DNA of 60,161 nucleotides, filler included, from Sphacelaria rigidula (lineage: Eukaryota): NCBI GenBank assembly GCA_964200075.2. It is 7 parts of 7 records of this genome, joined end to end, with 100 filler letters (N's around TTAATTAATTAA, not from the genome) between each part and the next. Parts side by side here need not be neighbours in the genome. Positions count along the whole stretch, not along the records: positions 25,829 to 34,337 come from CAXNAA020010934.1; positions 34,438 to 42,945 come from CAXNAA020010935.1; 5 more parts are not named here. The stretch is one strand, 5' to 3'. Position 1 is the first letter of the stretch. Each line of letters opens with the position of its first letter. This document shows, piece after piece, positions 25,829-38,464 of the stretch. A model generated the notes under the pieces. It was not told the origin of the DNA. It saw only the letters and a list, made by a program, of their open reading frames with translations, and searched no databases. The translations under genes and the position numbers were made by a program.

Positions 25829-26007
25829 CACCTAATGCGCACACTGCACCTGGAAACAGACTAGATGAAACTTTCGGTCTTCGTCATAACCCTGCAGTTA
25901 CATACGCGGATTTTCAGCAACACGCCACAGTTTCGTTTAGACGCCAGACACGTCATTCCTGACCGGCCTCATTGGTCGTTCTGCAGGCCCGGTCCCAAAA
26001 GGGTTAA
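25829..26007. mobile_element. right end of piggyBac-like element
   Basis: Homologous to 18877-19053 and ends GGTCCCAAAAGGG-TTAA. Confidence 0.65.
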
Positions 26008-26624
26008 GCAGAGTAAACTGAAGGAACACAGAAGCACGCGACTCGATGTATCGTGCGGTATGCTACCGAGTGAAACGTCTACCTGGTACATATTTTCACG
26101 CATACTTTCAACCGCTCCCCTTCCTCGGGACGAGTCCGTGGTTTACTAGTCTCACCGGATCAATTCGTCTTTTCCCCGGTACACGCCTCGAAATCTGGTA
26201 TCCCACACCGTGTCGACTGTCTTCAACATCAAACGGTTTTCGCTAGTCATGTTCTCGCGTTTTTCAATGGCGGAAATCAGACGGTGTTCAAAAAAAAAAA
26301 AGCATATATCGGAAATCGAACCCGCCATTTCCTCACCTAATGTTTTCAGTTGTACACTAACATGTATGACATAAGCGTGACAGGACCCGTTTGTGTGCAT
26401 GCATTTGTGTTTTATTTCCATTTCTATCTCATCAGGGACGCCTTGCCCTCATCTCCCACGTCGATCACAGCGCTACAGCAGTACAGTACTGTAGAGCACA
26501 ACGCAGCACAGACACAGTACAGCAAAGTATAGCCCAGTCTTGGATATATAGCATGATGACGTTACTCGGAAGTGGACTCGCAAAACGACACGCGCCAGGT
26601 ATTCCCTTTTTGCAGTGTAGTTTC

Positions 26625-26964
26625 CAAGGGTAGGTCGAGTAGAGTATACTCAATACTCAGTATTTTTGAAGAGTCATACTTCAAGTACTCGAAGTTTGAA
26701 GTAGAGTATTTGAGATCGTACTCAAGTGATACTCTATACTCAGGTATTACTGAGAATGCTTACTCAAAATTTGAGTAGCGTATTTGCGGTCGTACTCGAT
26801 CTACTCAAAATTTTAGTAGAGTATTCGAGACCATACTCAACCTACTCGAAATTTGAGTAGAGCATGGGAGGCCGTACTCGACCTACTCAAACGTCGAGTA
26901 GAGTACATACTTGAGTATTTTACTCGAGTACTCAAAAGTACATACTCCACTCGACCTACCCTTG
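26625..26964. mobile_element. hAT-type MITE, 340 bp
   Basis: TIR CAAGGGTAGGTCGAGTAGAGTAT / ATACTCCACTCGACCTACCCTTG, with a perfect 8-bp TSD GTAGTTTC (26617-26624, 26965-26972). Interior is full of TACTC/GAGTA subterminal motifs. Confidence 0.9.
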
Positions 26965-29545
26965 GTAGTTTCGTTTTTAAACTAATATATCTTATATATA
27001 TATATATATATACATTCCTTCTTCTCTCTTCTCCCTTTCTTCCCCCATCTTTCTCTCGATGCACGTTCTTTCCTGCCGATGCACAGTATGTCAGAGCAGT
27101 TTGGAGCCTCGCTTCCGCAGGCATTATGGATGAGAGCTTTCACACCCAAAACAGTGAGGTCGAAGCAGATTAGCCGCAATCTTCTCCCACGACCTTTTGT
27201 TTTCTACGGTAGGGTACAAGTGTGGTTTCTCCGCAAGACGTTTTCCACCGAAGCCATGTGGTAAAGGCCGGCCATTTTATTTTTTCTTCTTTTGTCTTTA
27301 TTTTTTCTTCTCTTCTTTTCTGTTATTTCCCTCCTTTCTTTCTCTTCTTTTCTTCGTTCACTCTGCTAGTCTGTTTTACCTCTTCTGTTTTCCTTCACTT
27401 TTCTACAGCGAGTGTCGATTTTGTTCTTGTCTCGAGTATGTCTGTATCGTGTGGATGATGACCACGGCTGGATACCTCGGGGATAACTTGAAGTGCGACA
27501 ATAGATTTGATGAATTCATTGGTTTCATTTTTTTTATTATCTCACATTAGCTGACTGCAACAATCCAGCCCGTGGTCAGGAGCAGCAAAGCAAAGAAAAT
27601 AATGAGAAAGAAAAAAGGAAGGACACAGGAAAAGACTCAAGCAACAGCCACAGAAAGGAAAGAAGAAAGGAAACAGCCTCAACAACAAAAACAACAAACA
27701 ACAGCAACAACAAAAATGTTATCGTTGTCTCTGTGTCGTAGGTGCATTTTTCAGGGCCGGGTACGGGAACCCATGACGGAAGGGGCCTGGGATTTCTTGT
27801 TTGTTTTCGAAACGAATTTCAAGTGAAGAAAAAATGCCTTTTCATTCCATCCTCGAATCAAGTCGATTGCGGCCTTGAAGGCCTGAGTTGCTCTTGACCG
27901 TTTGACCGCCAGGCTGGGTCATTCATATCTTACCGCCTTCTTCCAAATCAAAACGATTCCCTTTCAGAAGATGGCCCAACCCGACGGCTAAGGGGTCGAC
28001 ACGATGGATACATTTTTTTCCCTTCAGGAGTATCACTGATTTCGGGCACGCGATCGAAGAAATATCAAACAAACTAGTCTGCTGTATTTGGCAGCTTCCC
28101 GCTTGGTTTCTCGCCCTCGGCAGGTGTAAGTGACCATCCGTCGATAAAAAAAGGAGCACCACGTTTATATAGTGATGCTATGATAGCCCTAGCCCCGAAA
28201 CAGTCGAGGAGATTCTCTCTAGGAGAGCACGCAGACACACTTTCCTTGACCCTTTGATCGCCATCGGGGGTTGTTTGTTGAACTGGTACAATTTTCTCTT
28301 CAAGAATGATTGTATGACCTAGACGACCCACCCCGGACGTCAAAAGGTTGACCCTCTGACCGCCAACCCCTCGTCGGATTGCCTTTACTGTCCCTGGGTA
28401 GGCATTGTGGTCCGGGGTCAGGTTTTTCCGAAAGGAAAAATGCATGTCCACAAATGTGTGTGTGGCGGGGGGGGGGGGGGGGGGAGGGGTGATAATGCGA
28501 CAAATAGTAGTCGGCAATGGCGTTGACTTAGCCCCTACAGTACTCCACCGCGATTGCAGTAGGATGTTGAGCGTATAATTTCATCGCCATGGTGTGCTCA
28601 GTGCAGCTCTTTGACAACACTAGAGGGAGCACGTGTGTCAAAGATAGCTTTGCAGTGGTGAAGCTTTAGATATACTTCTGCACGCCGGCGTCCATGCCAC
28701 ATCATACCAAAAAACGCGGCGGAATAATAAAATAATGTATTTTCCAGTATAATATATTGTGACTAAAATAGTGGTACACCACGGCTGACGCACGTGGCAG
28801 TAGTGCTGTAGGAATCAACGCCACCGGTCTCGCACGCAAAGTAACGAAGGACAAAGATGACCCCGACGTTACGCATAACATATTAGGATGAGCATGTCAG
28901 GTCTTCCGACCCCACGACTAACCATAACCACCACAAAAGAAGAAAGGAAGCTTGTCCGTGTTGGCGCCTAGCTGGCAGCCCTGCATGAATAGATAATCTA
29001 TCGCAAAGAAGCAAGGGCCAAACCGTCCCAACCCTCTCCAGAAAAAAATGTACCTCAGGTATTTCCCATCATCGTTTCCCCAATTCGACAAAACACCCCC
29101 CTGCCGCCACTAAGCAACATTAGCCAATTTGTGACCGAACATTGCTCCTCGTTTCACTGCTTTCGATTGGCCAGACAACCTCTCTCTCTTGAATCCCCAG
29201 CGAGATCTTACATTTTTTGTTTCACTAACAAGTCCTGGAAACATGCACGGTTGACTTCGCAAGGTTCTCGGGTGATCTGGGAACTCCTGGGTACCCATAG
29301 ATTTCACGGTTCGGATAAATCAGAGTGCGTACGGATTGACTCCCCGTGAACGTTGAATGAGAATCATGCACGAAGGAGTAATCCGGTATGAGTCACGAAT
29401 GGTGAAGTTGTATGTTTAAGGTCATACCGCACGAATCACGAACCGGGAATGTGTACACTCCAAGAAGTGTCCCACGAATGAAGAGTTCGAAATATGTACG
29501 AACCAAAATTCCTGTATGAATCATTGGTGGCGAACATGGACAACT

Positions 29546-29885
29546 GATTCATCTCGTATGAGTCGAAGGTGGGGAGCATGTACGTATGATCCATGCTGCT
29601 TGAATGGAATTGGGAGACATGTACGCTTGATTCACCTCGTATGAATGGCAGGTGAGGAACATGTGCCTATGATATATGATGCATGCATGCAAGGTGGAAA
29701 ACATGCACGCTTGATTCATTTCGTGTGAATGGAAGCTGGGAAATACGTTATTGTGATTCGTGCTCCACGACTGCAAGGTGGAAAACATGTGCACGAATCA
29801 CGTGATTCATGCTGCATGAATCAAAGGGAGAGATACAACATGTACTGGGTGTATGTAATATGATTCGTGCCACATGCATGGAAGG
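29546..29885. repeat. degenerate ~42-bp tandem repeat array
   Basis: Units like GATTCATCTCGTATGAATGGAAGGTGGGGAACATGTACGCTT. Related units at ~30620-30686 and 31896-32065. Confidence 0.7.
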
Positions 29886-29987
29886 TTTCGTGTCACTGTT
29901 GTCTGTTACCCGCTGTACAGATTGTACGGTAGTACGTCGTGCTGTGCTGTGCTGAGTTGTACTGTACTGTCTGCTGACTGCAGTGGG

Positions 29988-30456
29988 CGCTGCCGGAGTC
30001 TTTCCGAAAACTCAGGCGAACATGCGGGGACGACTCTTGTAGTACTGATGCTGTCTGTTGCTGTCTTCGCACTGCTATATATAGAGGCCAACTGTGCCGC
30101 AGAACAAAACATGAAACCGCACATAGGCCGTCAATAGCTTAGCTCGGGCAAACAAACAGCTAGAAGAATCGCTGAAGGCTGCAGATGCGTGCGGTGTCAA
30201 GTACTATGTGCGGACTGCAGTATACGCTGCCGGAGGTTCCCCGAAAACTCCCGTGAACATGCGGGAATGACTTCTGCTGGTGCTGTGCTCTTCGCAAGTG
30301 TTCGTGGTATCGAATACAGTATATGAAGGCCAGTATATGAAGGCCAACTGTACCACACAAAACATTGAATAAAGAAATGAAAGCCCGAAGGTTGTCAATA
30401 GCATAGGTCGGGGAAATAAATGGCTAGAAGAACCGCTCTGGACACGCAGACGCGTG
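29988..30456. repeat. ~240-bp diverged tandem duplication
   Basis: GCTGCCGGAG...CGAAAACTC...GAGGCCAACTGT...GCTAGAAGAA occurs twice. Confidence 0.7.
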
Positions 30457-30686
30457 TGTTGCACTATATTCGATGTACGTGTTGCGCTAGGTGTAAGTAC
30501 AACAGTTGAAAGTTGGTTTATTATTGCAGACTTAGCTCTTGAGGGGTTCGCGACCTGTACGCTCCTATCCACCTACCCCACCTGCAAAGAGCCCGCGCCA
30601 CCCAAACGCCGCAGCCCATGAAACGACAGGTAGGAAACAGCACGTTCTCATTACTTATGTCATATGAACAGCACGTGGGAAACATG

Positions 30687-31895
30687 CAGGGGCAGGTCGA
30701 GTAGAGTATGTACTTTTGATTACTCGAGTGCGGCCTCAAATACTCCACTCAAATTTCAAGTAGATCGAGTACGACCTCCAATACTCTACTCAAATTTTGA
30801 GCAGGTTGAGTACGGCCTCAGACACTCTGATCAAATTTTAAGTAGATCGAGTGCGACTTCCAATACTTAACTAAAATATTGAGTAAGCACTCTCACTAAC
30901 ACTTGAGTATAGTCACTTGGGTATGACCTCAATACTCTACTCAAATTTTGAGTAGATTGAGTACGATCTTCAATACTCCACTCAAATATGAGTAAGCACT
31001 CTCACTAACACTTGAGTATAGAGTACCACTTGGGTATGACCTCAATAATCTACTCAAATTTTGAGTAGATCGAGTACGACCTCCAATACTCCACTCAAAT
31101 TGAGTAAGTACTCTGAGTAATACTGGAGTATAGATTATCACTTGGGTACGATGAGTAACCGTGACCGTTGGAGACTTCGTGACGTCACTTCAGAGACTAT
31201 GTTGAATACATGGGCGAATGATGGCCATCAACTACATGAGTGGCGGTATGTCACGGGCTACGAAGAATGTTAGCGAATGATGGCCATCAAAAATGAAAAA
31301 AACGTGCACGTGAATGAACCTACCTGCCCCAGCTCACCTGCCCCCACCTACGGCAGTACATTCTTCATACCTCTCAACCCCTTCGATATCATTTTCAGTA
31401 CACAGCTTTACTCATCATCATTGAGTAATCGAGTAGACGGGTTGTCGGGCAGGTATAATCAAAATGAGCGACTCTACTGGCCGCACGTGCGACTCCTCCA
31501 CAGGAGAGTCAGCGGTGGTACATCGGGTCCGGTCTCATATACTCTACCCAACTTTCGGGTAGATTAGGTATGACCTCCAATACTCTACTCAAATTTTAGG
31601 TAGATTGAGTATGACCTCAAATCCTCTACACAATTTTTGAGTAGGTCGAGTACAGCCTCAAATCCTCTACTCAAATTTTGAGTAGGTTGAGTACGGCCTC
31701 GAACACTCTCCCCAGAATTTGAGTAGATTGAGTACGACCTCCGATACTCTACTCAAATATTGAGTAAACATTCTCAGCCATACTTGATTAAAGAGTATCA
31801 CTTCGGTTTGACTTCAATACTTGAATTTTGAGTACCAAAAGTATGACTCTTCGAAAATACTGAGTATTGGGTATAGTCTACTCGACCTGCCCATG
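30687..31895. mobile_element. hAT-type non-autonomous element, 1.2 kb, same family as 26625-26964
   Basis: TIR CAGGGGCAGGTCGAGTAGA / TCTACTCGACCTGCCCATG, 8-bp TSD GAAACATG/GAAGCATG (7 of 8 match). TACTC/GAGTA arrays surround an unrelated insert at ~31150-31560. Confidence 0.85.
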
Positions 31896-33428
31896 GAAGC
31901 ATGTACGAATGATTGGAAGCATGTACGAATGATTAATACATTTATGGTGTATGAATGGAAGGTAGGGAACGTGTGCCTGTGCTTCAGGCTACATTGATGG
32001 AAATAAGGAAACATGTTCCTATGATTTATGCTCTACGAATGGAAGGTGGGAAGCGTGTGCATTCGTTAGTTATCGCGCGAATAGCAAACAGGGAATGTGT
32101 CGTACCGTACACTCCAAGAAGTGTCGCACGTGTCACGAACCCAAAATATGCATGAATCATAATAACTTGTGTACGAACATGATGTTGCGCCAACAGAAGA
32201 AAAACTAGAATGTATGCGAATTTTCGCGCACAAGATTCATCATATAAAATATCAGCTTAGAGCAGCATCCCCAAAGTAGGTATAATCCACACGAGCGAGG
32301 AGCCCCTTGGGAAGGATCTACGACCCCACACGCGGCATGTCTCAAAAGCTATGTTCAAGGCTGGATCGTCGGCACAAGTTACAAGCTGAGAGCGCGACTA
32401 AGTCCCGTATTCGGTGGTGTGCATGGTATTGCTCGGTAGGGGTGCCTTGCGGGCCCCATGGTACGCCGATAGGTGGCGGCCACGGTTCGCGTTCCCGCCG
32501 TCACAACGCCTACGGTGTAGTATACGGAGTGTGCAATCCGCCTGAAAAAGAACCATCCCAATTGCTTTCAGCACAGATGAGAACGGCATGATCGTTTGCA
32601 TGCATGCCTAGCGGCGCAACTGGTGGCTTTCAAATTTGAAAACTCCGTCTCGACCATCATGAAGTGCGGTATAATTGCTGATGCAATGTACTGTCTGTAT
32701 TGCATTTGATAGTTCTGCAATACAGTATTGCAGTACTCGTACCGTAATATTGCGTACCCGCATCTGATATGCAGCATGACCAGAGCGTAACCGCATCTCA
32801 TGTTTATTTGGATACTTTCCTACGGTAAACTCCCACTTTTCAGCGCAACTTTCGTTGCGGATTTCTCGCCTGCGACTTCGCATTCCCTCATTAAACTTTG
32901 CCATGAGTCGGGCACAACACAGGCAGCATATGCGCCAAGCGCCCGCACGATTGGGCCCCGCACAAAATACCAACATGGCCACGAGCAATTTGGGGGAATG
33001 TCGTCAATGTGCGGCTATCCCGTAGTCCAGACTTCGTGCACTAGGAGTGAATGCATACATGCACGCGCAGGTTCACTAACTTCGGCATCTTGAGCGGCTG
33101 GGCGGCCGGTGTGGTAGCAAACTGACACCGGTCCGGACTGCGACCCTTTCTGGATCATGATCATCGGTAGTGTACCAATCGGCGTACAGTCTGTAGAGGT
33201 GCGCAGTTCATGACGCACGGCCCTACGCGCGCTGTAGCCGCGGCAAGGCGCTGAAACTTCGGTTAAATTTTATGCGAACCACAGCCAACAGTTCCCCGTC
33301 GCTATATCTGGTGCTGTGCGCTGCAGTAGGGCGGACTAGAGGGAAAATCGGTCAGATCATATGCTGAAAAAATGTGTGTGTATGTGTGTGCTTTTGGCGC
33401 AACACTGTGAGTCCAATCACGATTTTAC

Positions 33429-34064
33429 TAGAGAAGTGAACTAGTTTGCCTAATCAGTTAACTAGTTGCAGAAAATTACAACCCGTTACAGTCACCAGTT
33501 AAAACGGGAAAACTGGCGGTGGAGCCGCCTCGCGACTCCGCCAGCGTTGCCTGGTAAGGCAACGCGGCGGAGTCGCCTAAACGGCCCTCCCCAGCTGGTG
33601 AGGGGCCCCCGCTGGAGGTGCCACCGTAGGCGAGAAAATTACGCCATCTGGCTCCACATCTCTTCCAAATCGTGATGAATTCTAGCTGCCTAGCACCAGC
33701 AATTCGAGCACGTAATCAGTGCACAAAAGTAGATATGCATGGGAAAAACGAAATGTCTCTGAACTTTGCGACGTGAACTAAAAAAACGAGGCGGTGAGAC
33801 AGTGGTGCACCATACGTAGCGTCTGGGTACATGCGCTGTGCGGTCATGTCGTCGCCTTTGTAACAGCATCCCCACGGTCATTGTAATACGACAATACTTC
33901 GGAAAATATTGATATGAGTATGACATATGCTTACACAGAACGCTTTGGAGTATGATACATATGTCGGGTATAATAACAACTGGTTACGAAACCGGTCAGT
34001 CAAAACCAGTTGTACCAGTTAACTGTAACTGACCAGTTAAACTGGCAGCCAGTTCACAACTCTA
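33429..34064. mobile_element. hAT-type MITE, 636 bp
   Basis: TIR TAGAGAAGTGAACT / AGTTCACAACTCTA, perfect 8-bp TSD GATTTTAC (33421-33428, 34065-34072), CAGTTAAC-type subterminal repeats. Confidence 0.85.
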
Positions 34065-34337
34065 GATTTTACGATTTTACTCATTCGAAGCGTGGAGGAT
34101 GGTCAGGCCCTGTCTTAGGGCGTGTCTTAGCAATTTTTTTCGATCGAAAAAACGAGCGGTGGAATTGAGTCAAGTGAAAATTTCCCGTTTTGATGCAGTT
34201 ACGTCCGGATGGATTTTCAAGCTTCCGATCGAAAAAAGACAGTGAAATTCGTGAAACAGTACATGGTCTGTAGTTTGCACTGCTTGCAAGTAGGGTGTCT
34301 CGAGTGCGTGTGTGCGTGCTTCGTGCCGGCGAAGATA

Positions 34338-34437
34338 NNNNNNNNNNNNNNNNNNNNNNNNNNNNNNNNNNNNNNNNNNNNTTAATTAATTAANNNNNNN
34401 NNNNNNNNNNNNNNNNNNNNNNNNNNNNNNNNNNNNN
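34338..34437. other. artificial contig spacer
   Basis: 44N-TTAATTAATTAA-44N. Confidence 0.99.
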
Positions 34438-34500
34438 ACAGGACGGGGATAAGATATGTAAAAGATTTTTGTGTAATGTATGGAAGAATCGTGATGAGCT

Positions 34501-34750
34501 GAGTCATGCTAAGATAGGGGGGGGGGGTATTTTGGATCGCTTTCTTCCACAAAGTTCTACTTACAATCTTCGTTGATAGCAGCAACGGTAGTTCGAACGC
34601 GCTTGCTTCCGATTTATAACGCTCATTTATACTGTTTGACATCGCTTTTATCCAAATACAAGCGCATCGGGAGTGTGTGGGGTCATCTGACGCACCTATG
34701 AGCCAATGTTTTCGTGGAATCGAACACCCCCCCCTATCGTAGCATGACTC
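34501..34750. mobile_element. 250-bp MITE with GAG...CTC ends and 4-bp flanks (Sola-like, tentative)
   Basis: TIR GAGTCATGCTAAGATAGGGGGG / CCCCCCTATCGTAGCATGACTC, flanked by AGCT on both sides. Confidence 0.75.
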
Positions 34751-34754
34751 AGCT

Positions 34755-34892
34755 ATGGAAGAAACGTAATGAGCGTCGGAATGTTGAAGGTGTCTCTATT
34801 AGGAGTAGGAAGGGTGCTCCGTCTCGAAAGGGATGCGTGGTCAATGGTCACACGACCAAGGCAAGCAACAAATGAGTACGCCCCCCTCCACC
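34755..34892 (+). mobile_element. LINE 3'-end fragment (same family as 52500-54135)
   Basis: Aligns with 54001-54135 (GTGTCTCTATTAGGAGTAGGAA...GCAAGCAACAAATGAG). Confidence 0.75.
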
Positions 34893-34959
34893 GACGGGCT
34901 TCAGGGTCGGTGTCGGTTGGTAACGACGCTGTAAAGCACGCCACTCATTGCGCAAGCTA

Positions 34960-35535
34960 GGCAACCAGGCTATCGTTCCTTATTGCGCTTGCCTTTTTAT
35001 GCGATAACCATAATCGAGGTTGAGCTAGATCATATATTGTGCCAGGTGAGATAATCTCGATTCCCGCTCAAAGGGGATGATGATACTTCGTAGTGTTCGA
35101 ATTGTGAGACACCCATGAGGCAGTGTGGATTCCGTGGCTGTCTCTGGCAGTGGCGATACCAGAATATTGAGCATCTCATCGGGGGCTGTCATCCGTATAC
35201 AACATGATCCGTGCGTTTCGGGCCGAACAATGTTAGCAGGAAATTGTGAGACACCCACGAGGCAGTGTGGAAGCCGTGACTGTCTCTGGCAGTGGTGATA
35301 CCAGAAAATGAAGCATCTCCTTGGAGACTGTCATCTATATACGATATGATCAGTGAGTTTCCGGCCGAACAGTCCTGGCAGGGTGCAGCTCACCCTTCAT
35401 GCGACTCGCCCAACACGTGACACCGCTTCGAGCTTGGTGATTTTATCGCGAGCCTGCGTTCTCTGTCTCGACTTCGTAGGAATGCGAGTTCAATGGCCAT
35501 ATGAATACTGTATAGCATGTAAGATCATGAGTACA
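34960..35535 (+). mobile_element. retroposon family A copy with internal ~140-bp tandem duplication
   Basis: ATTGTGAGACACCCA...GGCCGAACA repeated at ~35101 and ~35243. The 3' end AAGATCATGAGTAC matches the tails in 604-997. Confidence 0.65.
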
Positions 35536-35542
35536 TCCGTGA

Positions 35543-35982
35543 CAACCGATCACCGAATTTGAGGATGGAGCGTTTCATTGAGGATGAGAACGCGGAGGAT
35601 TACCATGATGTTTGTACCCGCACCATATCTTCGAAATTTAGTTCCATTCTTTCGCTCACTGATAGCTATTGACAAGTACAACATGCCCTGCAAATGTGGA
35701 TTTCGATACCAGAAATGCTGGGGTCCTAGGTGAAAAGCTAATATGGGGGACATTGGGTGATTCGGCCCATCGGATGACCTACATTCCCCCAAAATGGCTT
35801 TTCGTCTAGGACCCCAACATTTCGGTTATCGAAATCCAAATTTGTAGCGAATATAGCAGTTGTCGATAGCTACCAGTAGATGAAAAAGTGGAACCATGTT
35901 TTGAACATTCGGTGTGGATGCGAAACGTTCAATCCTCCGAGCATCAATGATATTCTCCGACCCAAATTTATATGATCAGCGG
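35543..35982. mobile_element. ~440-bp foldback/MITE, diverged copy
   Basis: Palindromic and homologous to 16282-16723 and 44690-45131. Confidence 0.8.
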
Positions 35983-36477
35983 TTCCATCCCTGCCCCCGA
36001 CCGGCTTTCAGGTAAGGTGATCATACAAGAAAGCGAAGACATGGATTCAGGTTGCGGCACAGATATCTGGGGACCGCGTTATTTGGTAAGAAATCTCGAA
36101 CGCTCCAACTTCAGGTGTGAAACACGGCCACCAGTACAGGCTGGGCATCGAAAATTGAGGGAGTGACAAAAGGAGGTATACCCCCCGTGGATTGAGGGGC
36201 AAAATCGAGACAGTGTGGTATTCGGTGCGGGGAGGAGCCCCGCACGCCAGCTGGACACCTCTCAAACATGTTCCCGCACCTCAGCTCCACGCCAAGGTGC
36301 TTGAAGAATATTCTCGACCTCTTTTTTCTGTCACACATGGAAACAGCGTTAAATGTGGCGTGGATGGGTGAAGTGACTAGTGCACCCCATAACATCAACA
36401 AACCCGCGGCGTACAACCTCCTGCCAGATGAATATGTAGTGCCTCCATTCAGTTCACGTACATACCCCCTCATTACT

Positions 36478-37549
36478 CAGTGATGACACTCCTGCGGACT
36501 GTGCCGGGGACACCCCGAACAACCGCAAAAATAGCGCCATCTTGTCAAGCTACACCTTCCCGAAAAAGCCGAAAACCCAGCGACCAAGATGTTTGCGATT
36601 TGATGCTGGTTTCTCCGCAGACCTCAATGATTCTATGATGTGTGGAGACTGTGAAGGGTTCTGCTGCGGGCGGATCACGAAGATCCGAGGATGTGTGAAA
36701 CGTCGTGCCACCGCACGCGTGCATTCACAACGACATAATGATGCCATCACACGCTACCGCAGGGGTAAGGTTTGTGCTGATACCCTGCACGAAGATAGGT
36801 TTGCTGTGAGTAACAGGTCGGCTAAGTTGACCTATCTATGCTGTGCTGCTGTATTGCTGTTCAAACGGGTTCGTATCCGCATATTGGTGCCGCCGGCGCC
36901 GATCCGAGATCTGCCAACGCACGCTTGCGTAGACCCCGAGAGTTCTCGCTATGCCTTGGGTTCAGACTAGAGTTAGGGTTGGTTTTCGCTCTGTGCGAAG
37001 GGGTATCCGCTAGGGTTCGGGTTAGGATTAGGGTTCCTGACCCTAACCGTAATCCCAACCCTAACATATTTGTGCTGCTGCACGGTACAGCACAGTACTG
37101 CACACAACCCACAGCCGGAAGCAAAGAAACTGCTTGCGGTACAAGTTGTGGTCACCCGGCGATGAATAGCTGCACATGTGTTTGCCATTATCCGAGGGAC
37201 TACATGAAATTCGAGTGTGTACGTGGGTGTACGAAAAATGTGTTCGGCGCGCGTCCCTGTGGCATTTGGTGGGACCGCGATGTTGTGCAGGCGTGTGGCA
37301 GCAAGACGTTTTACACATCATCCAACCTTTCTGGTCTGCCCACAGCGGAACCCTTTACACCCTTTACACATCATCGGATTTTCGTCCTTCGGATCTGCGA
37401 AGAAAGTAGCAGCAGACCGATGATATCTTAATCGTTGGTTGTTCGGTATTTTTTCGACCTTGCTGGGAAGGTGGAGGTTGACAGAATGGGGGGTATGTTT
37501 CGGGCTGTTCAGGATGTCTCCAACACAGTCCGCAGGAGGGTCACCACTG
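36478..37549. mobile_element. 1.07-kb long-TIR element with central telomere-like motifs
   Basis: Ends CAGTGATGACACTCCTGCGGACTGTG / CACAGTCCGCAGGAGGGTCACCACTG, with degenerate inverted similarity over roughly 270 bp. No TSD found. TTAGGG/CCCTAA-like motifs at 36972-37065. Confidence 0.7.
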
Positions 37550-38464
37550 CAAAAAGAGGTAATAAGCACGGTAACAAAGCGAGAATATATTGCGTGATCT
37601 GTTAGCTGGCAGGAAGGGTCATACCCCGAAATTGGTGGGGGGAATAGGGTACGCTAATAAGCCCACGTTTCCCACGCCCTAGTGAACCATTTTTCCAGGT
37701 GAACAAATAAGGGAAAGGACGGGCTTGTTGCCCAGGCATCTCTTGAGTGAGACTAGGGCACTAGAACGTGTTGTGGACGTGCCCAGCCGGCGTGGAGCAC
37801 TATTTCCCGCACCGAAAAGTGCGCTACCCCCATTTTGTCAATCCTCACTCAAAACATATTGGTCCATATACTGTTATGGGTAGGAATGGGAGACCTAACG
37901 ACCAAAAATCGGCACAGATTTGAATAACGCGGAGGAATAATGAACACTTTAGTAGGCGGTCGGACCTGTGCCGAGGCCCTCACGAACAGAACACACACTT
38001 CATCACTTATTCAGTTGGTGTAGTATGGGAAAGCTGTAGCACTGGAGATCGCGCTGTTCTCGACACAGGAAGCAAGCCGGCCCACGGCACTTGACAGCCC
38101 CGCACATACACACAAGATCTGGGGGCTTACGTTTGGTATTTTGCTGGCGTCGCGTCAGCGGCACGAAAATCCCTTCCCAGAGCAGAAAACACCTTATTTT
38201 AGTATATTTAGGTCATTTGTAAGTCAGCATCACGCGCAACGCAAAAACCAAACATGGCGACATAGCTTGGGTGTGTGGGAAGCGCACGCAAGAAACCGCA
38301 GTCCAATCCCTCGCTTCGTTGCCGAGTTGTAAGCGGTGCGCGATCGGCAGTTTTGGGTCGAGGATCAGTAGCGTCTTTCGAGGTCGAAGATGGAAAAAAA
38401 AAAACGGTGCGCATACTACTTTTCCTCCTGCAAGCAAATTGTGACAACATGCACTTGGGTTGCG

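Noticed and set aside
29546..31895. CRISPR-like arrays (42-bp units and TACTC/GAGTA units)
   Set aside because: The units are degenerate tandem repeats without constant repeats and unique spacers, no cas genes are present, and the context is eukaryotic TE sequence.
36972..37065. True telomere or chromosome-fusion site
   Set aside because: Only a few degenerate units, embedded in the middle of a TIR-bounded element.
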